Source: Akkermansia muciniphila ATCC BAA-835 (GTDB lineage: Bacteria > Verrucomicrobiota > Verrucomicrobiia > Verrucomicrobiales > Akkermansiaceae). From it: a stretch of 32,000 nt of DNA. The DNA lies in the NCBI RefSeq assembly GCF_000020225.1, contig NC_010655.1, forward strand, positions 240,001-272,000, written 5' to 3'. The position numbers and the translations under genes were made by a program. The notes beneath the pieces are model-generated. The model was given only the letters and a program-made list of their open reading frames with translations, was not told the origin of the DNA and did no database searches. This document shows, piece after piece, positions 23,935-32,000 of this stretch (its first letter is position 1; the number at the start of each line of letters is the position of its first letter).

Positions 23935-25701
23935 TCACGGTTTGAACAGCTTCCTGTTTCCGGCCAGGGTGTTCCATACCTGCTTCACTTCCCCGGCCAG
24001 CGTCTGCTTCATCATGGCAAGGGAAAAGTCCGCCGCCTGGCCCATACTGATGTAGGGAGGCAGGGCAAGGGCGTCCCTGTCCACATGCGCGTCCAGCAGA
24101 GCGGCGCCCGGATAATTCAGGAACATGTCCACCATCTGGTCCACCTGGCTGGATTTGTCCAATAAAAACCCCTTGATGCCGACGGCATCCGCCACGGCGG
24201 CAAAAGAGGGGTTGTTCAGGTTGATCTGCCACGGAATCAGCCCGGCCGCCTGCATTTCCAATTGGATGAAATCCAGACAGTCATTGTTATACACCACGAT
24301 TTTCACCGGCAGCCTGTACTGGACAATCGTGATGAGATCCCCCAGCAGCATGGACAGGCCGCCATCTCCGCACAGGGCAATTACCTGCCGTTCGGGGTAT
24401 TCCATCTGCGCCCCAATAGCCATCGGCATGGCATTGGCCATGGAGCCATGATTGAAGGAAGCCAGCGTCCTCCTTCCCGGCGTGGCGCACAGGAACCTGG
24501 CGCTCCAGATACAGGGGGTGCCGGTATCTACCGTAAATACGGCGTCGGATGCCGCATGCCTGTTCAGGGCGGTCGTGAGCTGTTCCGGCCGGATGGGAGA
24601 CTCCTTGTCATTTCCTTCCATATAGGCGTTCATCTCCTTCACGTCCCTGGCGTGGCGTTTCAGGGCGGCGTCCAAATGCCCGGAATCCGTCTTTTCCTGC
24701 ACCATGTTCAGCAGAGCTTCCGCCGTGACGGAAACATCCCCGCAAATACCCAGGTCCAGGCGGCAGCGGCGGCCCAGCACTTCACCGCGCCTGTCAATCT
24801 GCACGATTTCAGGTTTGGTGGGAATGAAATTGAAATAGGGGAAATCCGTCCCCCACAACACGAGCATGTCGCTTTCATGCATGGCCTTGTAGGCATCTCC
24901 CCATCCAAGCAACCCCGTCATGCCGATTCCCAGGGGATTGTCATGTTCAAAATAATCCTTTCCCCTCCATGTGTAGGCAATCGGAGCTTTCAGGCGGTGC
25001 GCGAGCCGGACGACCTTGTCTTCCGCTCCCGCGCAGCCGGCGCCGCAGAAGAAAGTAATGCGGCGGTGGTCGTCAAGCATCCGTGCCAGAAGGGATACGG
25101 ATTCATGCTCAGGAACAACATTCTCCCGCGTGTAGGAAGGAGGATGCACCAGATTCTTCATCTCCGCAGGGGCGTCCGCAATGTCTCCGGGCAAGACGAC
25201 GACGCCTACGTCGCGCCTGGCCCACGCGTGCTGAATGGCGGACATCAAAATGGACGGGGCCTGGGAAGCTTCCGAAACCAGTTCCGCATATGCACTGCAT
25301 TCCTTGAAAAGCTGTTCCGGATGCGTGGCCTGGAAATATTCCATGCCTACCTGGCTCTGCGGGATGTGGGAAGCAATGGCCAGCACCGGGGCATGGTTCC
25401 GGTGGGCGTCAAACAGGCCGTTGATCAAATGGAGGTTCCCGGGGCCGCTGCTGCCGCAGCATACAGCCAGATTCCCGCTCAGCTGGGCTTCCGCGCTCGC
25501 GGCAAAAGCCGCCACTTCCTCATGCCGCACATGAATCCATTCAATGGTCTTCCTCCTCCTCAAAGCGTCCGTAACGGGGTTCAGGCTATCCCCCACAATG
25601 CCGTAAATCCGCTTAACTCCCGCCTTCTCCAAAATTTCAACAATCTGATCGGCTACCCTGTGTATGCAGATTAGACACCAGCCAACCTCCAACGGATTCA
25701 T
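23935..25701 (-). CDS. poxB: Thiamine-diphosphate enzyme, PoxB-type pyruvate dehydrogenase (quinone)/pyruvate oxidase
   Basis: 588 aa. It has VADQIVEILEKAGVKRIYGIVGDSLN, GSSGPGNLHLINGL and the ThDP motif GDGGLSMLLGDL...VVYNN. The PoxB assignment, rather than acetolactate synthase, is by-eye similarity only. Confidence 0.75.
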   Translation of the reverse strand: MNPLEVGWCLICIHRVADQIVEILEKAGVKRIYGIVGDSLNPVTDALRRRKTIEWIHVRHEEVAAFAASAEAQLSGNLAVCCGSSGPGNLHLINGLFDAHRNHAPVLAIASHIPQSQVGMEYFQATHPEQLFKECSAYAELVSEASQAPSILMSAIQHAWARRDVGVVVLPGDIADAPAEMKNLVHPPSYTRENVVPEHESVSLLARMLDDHRRITFFCGAGCAGAEDKVVRLAHRLKAPIAYTWRGKDYFEHDNPLGIGMTGLLGWGDAYKAMHESDMLVLWGTDFPYFNFIPTKPEIVQIDRRGEVLGRRCRLDLGICGDVSVTAEALLNMVQEKTDSGHLDAALKRHARDVKEMNAYMEGNDKESPIRPEQLTTALNRHAASDAVFTVDTGTPCIWSARFLCATPGRRTLASFNHGSMANAMPMAIGAQMEYPERQVIALCGDGGLSMLLGDLITIVQYRLPVKIVVYNNDCLDFIQLEMQAAGLIPWQINLNNPSFAAVADAVGIKGFLLDKSSQVDQMVDMFLNYPGAALLDAHVDRDALALPPYISMGQAADFSLAMMKQTLAGEVKQVWNTLAGNRKLFKP

Positions 25702-25770
25702 TCTTATGTGTCATCCCCTCCATCTTTTCCGCACCGGAAAAAATGCCTGAGGATTTCCCCTGATATCATA

Positions 25771-25798
25771 AGGCCGCCGCCTTTTCAGGCAGCGGCCT
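25771..25798 (-). terminator. Hairpin downstream of the PEP-CTERM gene (possible terminator; no clean U-tract)
   Basis: The hairpin pairs AGGCCGC-C-GCC with GGC-A-GCGGCCT around a ttttca loop. It lies 31 nt past the stop on the - strand. The following sequence, TATGATATC, is only weakly T-rich. Confidence 0.35.
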
Positions 25799-25828
25799 AT
25801 GAATTACCAGTTCTCTGGCGGAAAACCG

Positions 25829-26578
25829 TCAGGAACGGCGGCGGCGCATCATCAGAACGGCCAGGCCCAGGATTCCCAGAGAAGCCGAGGCCGGTTCCGG
25901 AACCTGAAGGCCGGCAAAACCGGCAATCTGTTCCGCGGAAAGTTTTGTATCCGTCCACTGAATTTCACCCCATGTAAGATTGGGATTAATCCATCCTTGG
26001 ATATCAGTGCGATTTCCGTTCATGTTGCCGTTGTAGGACAACGTGTCAAGCAAGGAACCATTCACATAGACCTCCACAGACTGGCTTTGGTCTGCGCCAG
26101 TAACGGCTAGAGTCACGTTAAGAAGACCTCCCTCCAAAACAACGGGAGTTTCAGAAACGTCTCCACGGTTTTGGGAAAAAGAGCCGGTAGAAGTATCCAA
26201 ATTTCCATCTCCCATGCCAAGCTTGGCATCTGTCGTCAGATACAAGGCATTTGTCCCGTAACTTTGGCCCGCATTGGTGCCATAATACCCAAACAGCGTG
26301 GTCTGGGTTCCTTCCGTTAAGGAAGAGGTATCCAGCCAGAGGGAGATCGTGTAATTGGAAGCATAAAAATTACCGCCGTAAGGAATGAAACCGCCAGGAA
26401 GGGCACTCTGTGAGAGACTCCCAAACGTCATGTCTTTTCCCAATGCAATACCTTCAGTTGTCGTCGCCGTACCGGCAGCGTAAGACGTTCCGGCCGATGG
26501 TTCTAAAGAGCCGGGAGACGCCAACGCCGGAACGGAACAACACGCCGCAATGGCCATTAATGCTAATGTTTTTTTCAT
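25829..26578 (-). CDS. PEP-CTERM-anchored secreted protein with a LamG/concanavalin-like jelly-roll region
   Basis: I chose the ATG at 26578 because it yields the signal peptide MKKTLALMAIAACCSVPALA; the ORF track start at 26731 adds 51 implausible residues. The C-terminus VPEPASASLGILGLAVLMMRRRRS is a textbook PEP-CTERM sorting signal. The middle (NYTISLWLD...TLFGYYG) looks LamG-like. GC is visibly lower than in the neighbouring genes. Confidence 0.85.
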   Translation of the reverse strand: MKKTLALMAIAACCSVPALASPGSLEPSAGTSYAAGTATTTEGIALGKDMTFGSLSQSALPGGFIPYGGNFYASNYTISLWLDTSSLTEGTQTTLFGYYGTNAGQSYGTNALYLTTDAKLGMGDGNLDTSTGSFSQNRGDVSETPVVLEGGLLNVTLAVTGADQSQSVEVYVNGSLLDTLSYNGNMNGNRTDIQGWINPNLTWGEIQWTDTKLSAEQIAGFAGLQVPEPASASLGILGLAVLMMRRRRS

Positions 26579-26636
26579 TTTCTGTGAATGATGGACTGAG
26601 TAGCAATCAGAGAGATATTCCCCGCCCTCTGTATAT

Positions 26637-26651
26637 CGGATTCCCAATCCG
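26637..26651. promoter_or_regulatory. 15-bp palindromic element CGGATTCCCAATCCG (copy 1)
   Basis: A 6-bp inverted repeat, CGGATT/AATCCG, surrounds CCC. It lies 59 nt upstream of the PEP-CTERM gene ATG. It is the exact reverse complement of the copy at 26869-26883. Confidence 0.4.
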
Positions 26652-26868
26652 CTCTTTTTCTCCCCCACAGGAAAGATGAGAACAAGCTTTTTCAATCCGC
26701 TAAAAAATATAATATAATTACCTTCTATCACTTATGAATATAAAAAATAAAACGCAGAATAGATTTTTTGTGGAGGTTCTGAAGTTGCTGTATAGGAACA
26801 GCAATCCCTTTTCGCAAAATAGAAAAAATTGTAATAATAGTTTCATAATTGAAATGTTAGATTGACCT

Positions 26869-26883
26869 CGGATTGGGAATCCG
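26869..26883. promoter_or_regulatory. 15-bp palindromic element CGGATTGGGAATCCG (copy 2, inverted)
   Basis: It is the exact reverse complement of 26637-26651 and lies 232 bp away, about 150 nt upstream of the glycosidase ATG. Confidence 0.4.
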
Positions 26884-27031
26884 GTTGTTTTCCCTCAGCC
26901 ATCAAAAAAATCAACATAATGTTTTCATATTCAATAAAAATTAATTTTCTTTCCTTCCATTTCCAGAACCTTCTTCTTGAAAACGAGCCTTCCCCAAATT
27001 ATCCTCCCGCTAGCTGTAATATTATTTCATC

Positions 27032-29569
27032 ATGAAATTTTTCAAGACAACCATTGCCATGGCAACCCTGCTGGGCTGCCTGCCCACATCCCCCGCAGAA
27101 GTCGCCTTTCCGGGGCCTGCTCCCGGAACAGCCAGCGCGGAACAATCCGCTTCCGGCTATACTCTTTCCAATAACATCCTGACGGCCAAATTTATCCTTC
27201 GGAACGGAAGTCTTTCCTTCGGAGGAATGACTTCCAAACTGGGCCCCGTCGCCAAGGCAGGGGATGAATTATTCATCATCAATCTTCAGGACGGACGGAG
27301 CATTAAATCCTCCGAGCTGAAAGCGGGAAACGTCAAATTCGTCTCCCTTCAGCCCAACCCCAAGGCCTTCAGGCTGGCTGACCGCTTCCCGGGAAAAGCC
27401 GTCAGCGCAACATTCCAGGCTCTGAACGGAACCCTTCGCATTTCCTGGCGCGCCGTGCTCAGGGACCATTCCCATTACCTGAGGCAGGAACTCCGCCTGG
27501 CAAGTATGAAGCCCGTCCAGATGAAAAACATCGTAGCGATGCAATATGACCTGGCAGAAGGGAAAGCCGGGGCACCCTCCGTTTCCGGAAACGCCAGAGG
27601 AGCACTCATCGTCAATGACCTGGCGTTCACCGCCCTGGAAACACCCATGGGCATCAATACCGTGGGAGGCGCCGGAAATATGGAAGGGGGAGAAACCGCC
27701 ATCTGGAGTGCGGACAAGTGGTCCACAGCTTCATGGACCGGAAATTTCAATGTTCCCCAGGAACTGAAAAAGCAGTACGGAGAACAGGTTTCCAGTGCGG
27801 AAGGCCCGGTTTCCATTGACGGCAAAGGAGCCTGCACCGTCACCTTCCAGTATAAGGGAGGGGACAAGGGCAACAATAAGCTGAACCTTGCCGGCGTGCA
27901 GCTCCTCTCTTCCAAGGGGGCCGTTCTTGACTCCGATTTCCACAACGGCAGCACCGGAGATTCCAATGCCGGCAATACTTACACGGTGCAGGTTCCCTCC
28001 AGGGGAAATTACATTCTGCGCTACTGGGCCCAGACCAAGAGCGAACCGATTGCCAGCAAGGGGGAAATCACCTTTTCCCTGCCCGTGCGCACGCTGGAGG
28101 AAAAGCAGGAACCCCAGGCGGACGAATCCCGGCTGGCCCAGGGACTCTGGAGCCGTAAAACCACCTTGCAGCCCGGGGAAATATGGGACGTATCCTCCGT
28201 TCTCGGAATTTTTGCCCCCGGCCAGAAACGTCGCTCCTTCCTGGCCTATATGGAACGGGAACGCGTGATGCCCTACCGCCCCTTCATCCATTATAATTCC
28301 TGGTATGAACTGAACATCAACCGCAACAATGATTCGGACCCCGCCAAGCGCATGACGGAAGAACAATGCCTGGCCGTCCTGAAAGACTGGCAGGAACAGT
28401 TTTTCCAGAAGCGCGGCATGTCCATTGACGCCTTCGTCTGGGACGACGGCTGGGATGAATTCAACAGCCTGTGGGATTTCCACAAAATGTTCCCGCAGGG
28501 CTTCAAGCGCATTGACGCCGCCGCCGGCAGGCAAAAGGCCGGCATCGGCACGTGGCTGGGTCCGGTGGGGGGCTACGGAGCCTCCAAGGGCAAGCGTCTC
28601 GCTTACTGGAACGTGAAGCATCCGGACAACAAGATCGGTAATTTCCAGCTCTCCAACAAGGAATATTTTGACGCCTTTGTGGGCCGCTGTTCCCAGATGG
28701 TGAAGGACTACAATATGAAGTACTTCAAATTCGACGGCATCAGCACTCACTTCCATGCCAAGGGGCCCGGCAACGAGGAGGATGCGGAAGGCATCATCCG
28801 CGTGCTGAACGCCCTGCGCAAGAAAAAGGGGGATCTTTACATCAACTGCACTGTAGGAACCTGGGCATCCCCCTTCTGGTTCCGTTATGCGGATTCCGTA
28901 TGGAGGCAGGAGAATGACTTCGGCACCATCGGAGCGGGCGACAACCGCGACAAATGGATCACCTACCGCGACCGCCTGGTGCATGAAGTTTTTGTGCAGG
29001 GTTCCCCGCTGATGCCCATCAATTCCATGATGACTCACGGCCTGATGGTCACTAAATTCGGTCCTCCGGCCTGCATGCCCCGCGATCCGGAAAACGTCAA
29101 GAAAGAACTCCGCTGCGCCACGGCTTGCGGCACTTCCCTCCAGGAGCTCTACGTGGATCGGGACCTGATGAGCGCCAACGGCGGAGTTCTGTGGGACGAA
29201 CTGGCCAAGGGGATCAAGTGGATACGCCGCAATGCGGACGTTTTGGACGATGTGCACTGGGTGGGCGGCAATCCGTGGAACAAGGAAACTAACGAAGGGG
29301 CCGTGTACGGGTGGGCCGCATGGAATAAAAACAAGGCCACCCTGGCTCTCCGCAATTCCTCCGACCAGGAAAAGAGCCTGACCGGAACCCTGCGCAGCAT
29401 TCTGGATATCCCTGCGAACGTCAAGGGCTCCATCACCTTCAAGGATTCCTATGACGACCAGCGGACGCTGGACGGCTTCTCCGGCAGTTCCGTAAACATT
29501 GACAAGGAAATCTCCTTCACGTTGAAGCCCTTTGAGGTGCTGGTGTACGAAGGGGGAAAGGTCAAATAA
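27032..29569 (+). CDS. Lipoprotein glycoside hydrolase, clan GH-D-like (GH36/GH27-type alpha-galactosidase or alpha-N-acetylgalactosaminidase candidate) with N-terminal beta-sandwich/CBM-like regions
   Basis: 845 aa with a lipobox (MATLLGC). The catalytic-region-like blocks are IHYNSWYELN, FVWDDGWD (a DDGW-type motif), KYFKFDGI (a K-x-D nucleophile-type motif) and NCTVGTWASPFW. The family assignment is by eye only. Confidence 0.8.
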   Translation: MKFFKTTIAMATLLGCLPTSPAEVAFPGPAPGTASAEQSASGYTLSNNILTAKFILRNGSLSFGGMTSKLGPVAKAGDELFIINLQDGRSIKSSELKAGNVKFVSLQPNPKAFRLADRFPGKAVSATFQALNGTLRISWRAVLRDHSHYLRQELRLASMKPVQMKNIVAMQYDLAEGKAGAPSVSGNARGALIVNDLAFTALETPMGINTVGGAGNMEGGETAIWSADKWSTASWTGNFNVPQELKKQYGEQVSSAEGPVSIDGKGACTVTFQYKGGDKGNNKLNLAGVQLLSSKGAVLDSDFHNGSTGDSNAGNTYTVQVPSRGNYILRYWAQTKSEPIASKGEITFSLPVRTLEEKQEPQADESRLAQGLWSRKTTLQPGEIWDVSSVLGIFAPGQKRRSFLAYMERERVMPYRPFIHYNSWYELNINRNNDSDPAKRMTEEQCLAVLKDWQEQFFQKRGMSIDAFVWDDGWDEFNSLWDFHKMFPQGFKRIDAAAGRQKAGIGTWLGPVGGYGASKGKRLAYWNVKHPDNKIGNFQLSNKEYFDAFVGRCSQMVKDYNMKYFKFDGISTHFHAKGPGNEEDAEGIIRVLNALRKKKGDLYINCTVGTWASPFWFRYADSVWRQENDFGTIGAGDNRDKWITYRDRLVHEVFVQGSPLMPINSMMTHGLMVTKFGPPACMPRDPENVKKELRCATACGTSLQELYVDRDLMSANGGVLWDELAKGIKWIRRNADVLDDVHWVGGNPWNKETNEGAVYGWAAWNKNKATLALRNSSDQEKSLTGTLRSILDIPANVKGSITFKDSYDDQRTLDGFSGSSVNIDKEISFTLKPFEVLVYEGGKVK

Positions 29570-29626
29570 ATCAGCCGGCCCACACGCCCGGTCAAAGCCG
29601 GAACGGCGTTGGAAAAAACATATTGG

Positions 29627-29660
29627 GGGAGGCGGGATTCCCGCCTCCCTTCCTTGTTCC
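29627..29660. terminator. Bidirectional terminator between convergent genes
   Basis: A perfect 10-bp stem pairs GGGAGGCGGG with CCCGCCTCCC around an att loop (29627-29649). It is followed by TTCCTTGTTCC on the + strand. On the - strand CCAATATG and then TTTTTT follow the stem. Confidence 0.7.
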
Positions 29661-29679
29661 CGTGCGGACAGAATCCGGG

Positions 29680-30333
29680 TCAGAATGTTTTTTCAAACGT
29701 CACCGCTTCCAGCGGATCGGCAGGGTTGACCGGCATCACCAGGCATTCCGCACCTTCCCCGCCCAGGTACAACATCAGGCTCCTGCCGGGGGAATAGGCG
29801 ATGGAGACACCGTAATATCCCCCTTTTTTCACCAGGGCCCAGGTTCCGCGGCAGGAAGAAACGAGATCTTCCTCCAGCACGGAAAGGTCCTCCCTCTCTT
29901 CCGGACGGGCAATCCACCTGCCCCATGCCTCCGGACGGGGAAAGGAAGAAATCTCGCACGTCCCGTCTTCATTCAGGAGGAGCGTGGAAGAACTGACCTG
30001 GAAAAAACGCTTCAACTCCGGAGGGCGGAAAAACCGCCTTTCTCTGGGAGATGGTTCCACCTCATACTTTCCGGAAAGGGCCTGCACATCCGGCTCATGA
30101 ATCCACAGGAAAGCTTTTTGACACACCGCCTGGCGGCACGCCAGCCCCACCACGGCCAGCAGGGAAAGGAACGCCAGGACAAACGCCCACAGGGCCAGCC
30201 GCTTTCTCCACCACGCATAAACGGCGGCCAGCCCCGCCACACTGCCCGCGCAAACCCAGAACCCCCAGGAACGGGAAAGGAAGGCCAGGGCATCCGCCAG
30301 CACGGAAAATCCATGAGAAAGATCATTCCACAT
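29680..30333 (-). CDS. Hypothetical membrane protein (two N-terminal TM spans plus a ~130-aa soluble domain)
   Basis: 217-aa ORF. The hydrophobic spans are GFWVCAGSVAGLAAVYAWW and LWAFVLAFLSLLAVVGLAC. No family is recognised. Confidence 0.6.
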   Translation of the reverse strand: MWNDLSHGFSVLADALAFLSRSWGFWVCAGSVAGLAAVYAWWRKRLALWAFVLAFLSLLAVVGLACRQAVCQKAFLWIHEPDVQALSGKYEVEPSPRERRFFRPPELKRFFQVSSSTLLLNEDGTCEISSFPRPEAWGRWIARPEEREDLSVLEEDLVSSCRGTWALVKKGGYYGVSIAYSPGRSLMLYLGGEGAECLVMPVNPADPLEAVTFEKTF

Positions 30334-30499
30334 AGGTGCTCCAGAATCTCCGGAACATAGTCAAAGTCAAGACAACAATGCCGCCTTTCAAGGCACGGGC
30401 CTCAGGCTGTGCCCCGATAAAAAACTCCCGTCATCACTCCTGAAAATATTCCTCCGCGCTTTTCTCACAGGCTCCAATCAGGTAAGAAGCATCTGAACC

Positions 30500-32000
30500 A
30501 TGAAAAGCGCAGCACATCATCAGGGGCTTTCGGAACAGCAGGTTCTGGAAAACCGGACCAGATACGGGATCAATATCCTGACTCCCCCGGAAAAGGAACC
30601 CCTGTGGAAGCAATTTCTGGAGAAATTTTCAGACCCCATCATCAAAATTCTGCTGGTGGCCCTGCTCCTGTCCGTAGGCGTGGCTTTCTACCAGTTTTTC
30701 ACCGGAACGGAATCGGCCAGCGTCTTCCTGGAGCCCGCGGGCATCCTGGCGGCCATCCTGCTGGCCACCTGCGTGGGGTTCGCCTTCGAGGTAAGCGCTA
30801 ACAAGAAGTTTGAAATCCTGAACCAGGTCAATGACGACACCATGGTCCAGGTCATCCGCGGCGGCAATATCTGCGAATTGCCCCGCCGGGACGTGGTGGT
30901 GGGCGATATCGTCATCCTGAACACAGGGGAGGAGGTACCGGCGGACGGCGTCCTGCTGGAAGCCGTTTCCCTCCAGGTCAATGAATCCACACTGACGGGG
31001 GAACCCCTCATCGGCAAAACCACGAATGAAGCGGAATTCAAGAAGGATGCCACCTACCCCTCCAACCACGTCCTGAAAGGAACCACCGTGGCGGACGGCC
31101 ACGGCGTCATGGAAGTGACTTCCGTGGGTGACAAAACGGAATACGGCAAGGTTTATGAAGGCTCCCAGATCGACAACAAGGTGCAGACGCCCCTCAACCG
31201 CCAGCTTTCCAGGCTGGGCGATCTCATCACCTGGGCCAGCTACGCCATCGCCGCCCTCATCGTCATCGGGCGCCTCACCCTGTATTTTTCCCATCTGCCG
31301 GGCCCCGTGGAATGGCTGAGCGCGGGAACCTACATTCTGAATACCGTCATGATTGCCGTGACCGTCATCGTAGTCACGGTGCCGGAAGGGCTGCCCATGA
31401 GCGTCACTCTGAGCCTGGCGCTGAGCATGAAGAGCATGCTCGCCAACAACAACCTGGTGCGCAAGATGCACTCCTGCGAGACCATGGGGGCCGCCACCGT
31501 CATCTGCACGGATAAGACGGGCACCCTGACGCGCAACCAGATGAACGTGTACAAGGCGGATTTTTACGGGTTGGGGAACGCCGTCCCGACGGAAGACGAG
31601 CCGGGCAACCTGATCAGGGAGGGAATCGCCGTCAACTCCACCGCTTTCCTGGATTACGCAGACCCGGAACATATCAGGGCCCTGGGCAATCCCACGGAAG
31701 GGGCGCTCCTCCTGTGGCTGCACGGGCTGGGCGTGAATTACCTGGACCTGCGGGAAAACGCCCGCGTGCTGGAACAGCTCACTTTCTCCACGGAACGCAA
31801 GTACATGGCTACCGTAGCGGAATCCCCCCTGCTGGGCAAAAAAGTCCTTTACGTGAAAGGCGCGCCGGAAATCGTGCTGGGGCTCTGCTCCACCGTCCTG
31901 ACTCCGGAAGGCCAGGTACCCGCCGCGGACATGCGCCCCGCCATTGAGGAACAGCTCCTGGCCTACCAGAACCAGGCCATGCGCACGCTGGGCTTCGCGT
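30500..32000 (+). CDS. Calcium-translocating P-type ATPase (P2, PMCA-like), 5' part; continues past the window end
   Basis: The ATG at 30500 gives MKSAAHHQGLSEQQVLENRTRYGINILTPPEKEPLWKQF, a cation-ATPase N-domain. Further motifs are LTGEPL (TGE), VTVPEGLPMSVTLSLA, and the phosphorylation site ICTDKTGTLT at 31502-31531. The frame has no stop up to position 32000, so it is absent from the supplied ORF track. Confidence 0.9.
   Translation, partial: MKSAAHHQGLSEQQVLENRTRYGINILTPPEKEPLWKQFLEKFSDPIIKILLVALLLSVGVAFYQFFTGTESASVFLEPAGILAAILLATCVGFAFEVSANKKFEILNQVNDDTMVQVIRGGNICELPRRDVVVGDIVILNTGEEVPADGVLLEAVSLQVNESTLTGEPLIGKTTNEAEFKKDATYPSNHVLKGTTVADGHGVMEVTSVGDKTEYGKVYEGSQIDNKVQTPLNRQLSRLGDLITWASYAIAALIVIGRLTLYFSHLPGPVEWLSAGTYILNTVMIAVTVIVVTVPEGLPMSVTLSLALSMKSMLANNNLVRKMHSCETMGAATVICTDKTGTLTRNQMNVYKADFYGLGNAVPTEDEPGNLIREGIAVNSTAFLDYADPEHIRALGNPTEGALLLWLHGLGVNYLDLRENARVLEQLTFSTERKYMATVAESPLLGKKVLYVKGAPEIVLGLCSTVLTPEGQVPAADMRPAIEEQLLAYQNQAMRTLGFA

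Larger units (their letters stand above)
26579..27031. promoter_or_regulatory. AT-rich divergent promoter/regulatory spacer between the PEP-CTERM gene and the glycosidase gene
   Basis: A ~450-bp stretch without a credible ORF. It is strikingly AT-rich from about 26690 to 27030 against a mid/high-50s % GC background. It separates two divergently oriented genes for surface proteins. Confidence 0.6.

Noticed and set aside
24262-25674. 470-aa + strand ORF antisense to poxB. Similar cases are 27731-29257 (- strand, antisense to the glycosidase), 30629-31723 (- strand, antisense to the P-type ATPase), 3653-4981 and 13782-14834.
   Set aside because: All lie opposite genes with strong family motifs, and all translate to low-complexity Gly/Arg/His-rich sequence. 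They are shadow ORFs, not overlapping genes.
26579-26731. 51-codon N-terminal extension of the PEP-CTERM ORF in the supplied track (start at 26731)
   Set aside because: The extension (MIEGNYIIFFSGLKK...) runs into the AT-rich spacer and precedes a perfect signal peptide that starts at the internal ATG at 26578. The shorter start is far more plausible.
1-32000. Search for mobile elements, CRISPR arrays, toxin-antitoxin or defence-type gene pairs
   Set aside because: I saw no transposase, integrase or recombinase motifs, no regularly spaced direct repeats, and no small overlapping gene pairs. The window is housekeeping and metabolic core apart from the surface-protein/glycosidase locus.

Overview
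Gene-dense chromosomal window with about 27 protein genes. I found no rRNA or tRNA genes, no CRISPR array and no transposase, integrase or phage genes. GC looks mid/high-50s % by eye. The gene content (PEP-CTERM protein, DUF1573 protein, lipoprotein glycosidase, Na+-pumping methylmalonyl-CoA decarboxylase) suggests Verrucomicrobiota, probably an Akkermansia-like mucin degrader; this is inference, not a search result. Layout: (1) a tightly packed + strand run of ileS (3' end), lspA, DUF1573, rhodanese, sufS and a lipoprotein alpha/beta-hydrolase; (2) a membrane pseudokinase with a discoidin-like C-terminal domain, flanked by two long non-coding spacers; (3) rplS and a secreted conserved protein on the - strand; (4) a seven-gene + strand succinate-to-propionate cluster: methylmalonyl-CoA epimerase, the four subunits of a Na+-translocating methylmalonyl-CoA decarboxylase, birA and a succinyl-CoA-type CoA-transferase; (5) rfbB-rfbA and pfkA on the - strand, then a SMUG1-type uracil-DNA glycosylase, gatB and poxB; (6) a lower-GC PEP-CTERM/LamG surface protein gene, divergent from a large lipoprotein glycoside hydrolase across a ~450-bp AT-rich spacer; (7) a small membrane protein and the 5' two-thirds of a PMCA-like Ca2+ P-type ATPase, which is absent from the ORF track because it has no stop in the window. 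I see no clear new multi-gene system. The items most worth follow-up are: the catalytically dead Hanks-type kinase fused to a glycan-binding-like module; a ~105-nt colinear repeat (two conserved boxes around a sequence-divergent hairpin) on both sides of that gene; lineage-specific insertions in the OadB-type pump subunit and in LspA; and a 15-bp palindrome present twice, in opposite orientation, in the AT-rich divergent promoter region. All motif and alignment statements were made by eye and from memory of the families. No searches were run.
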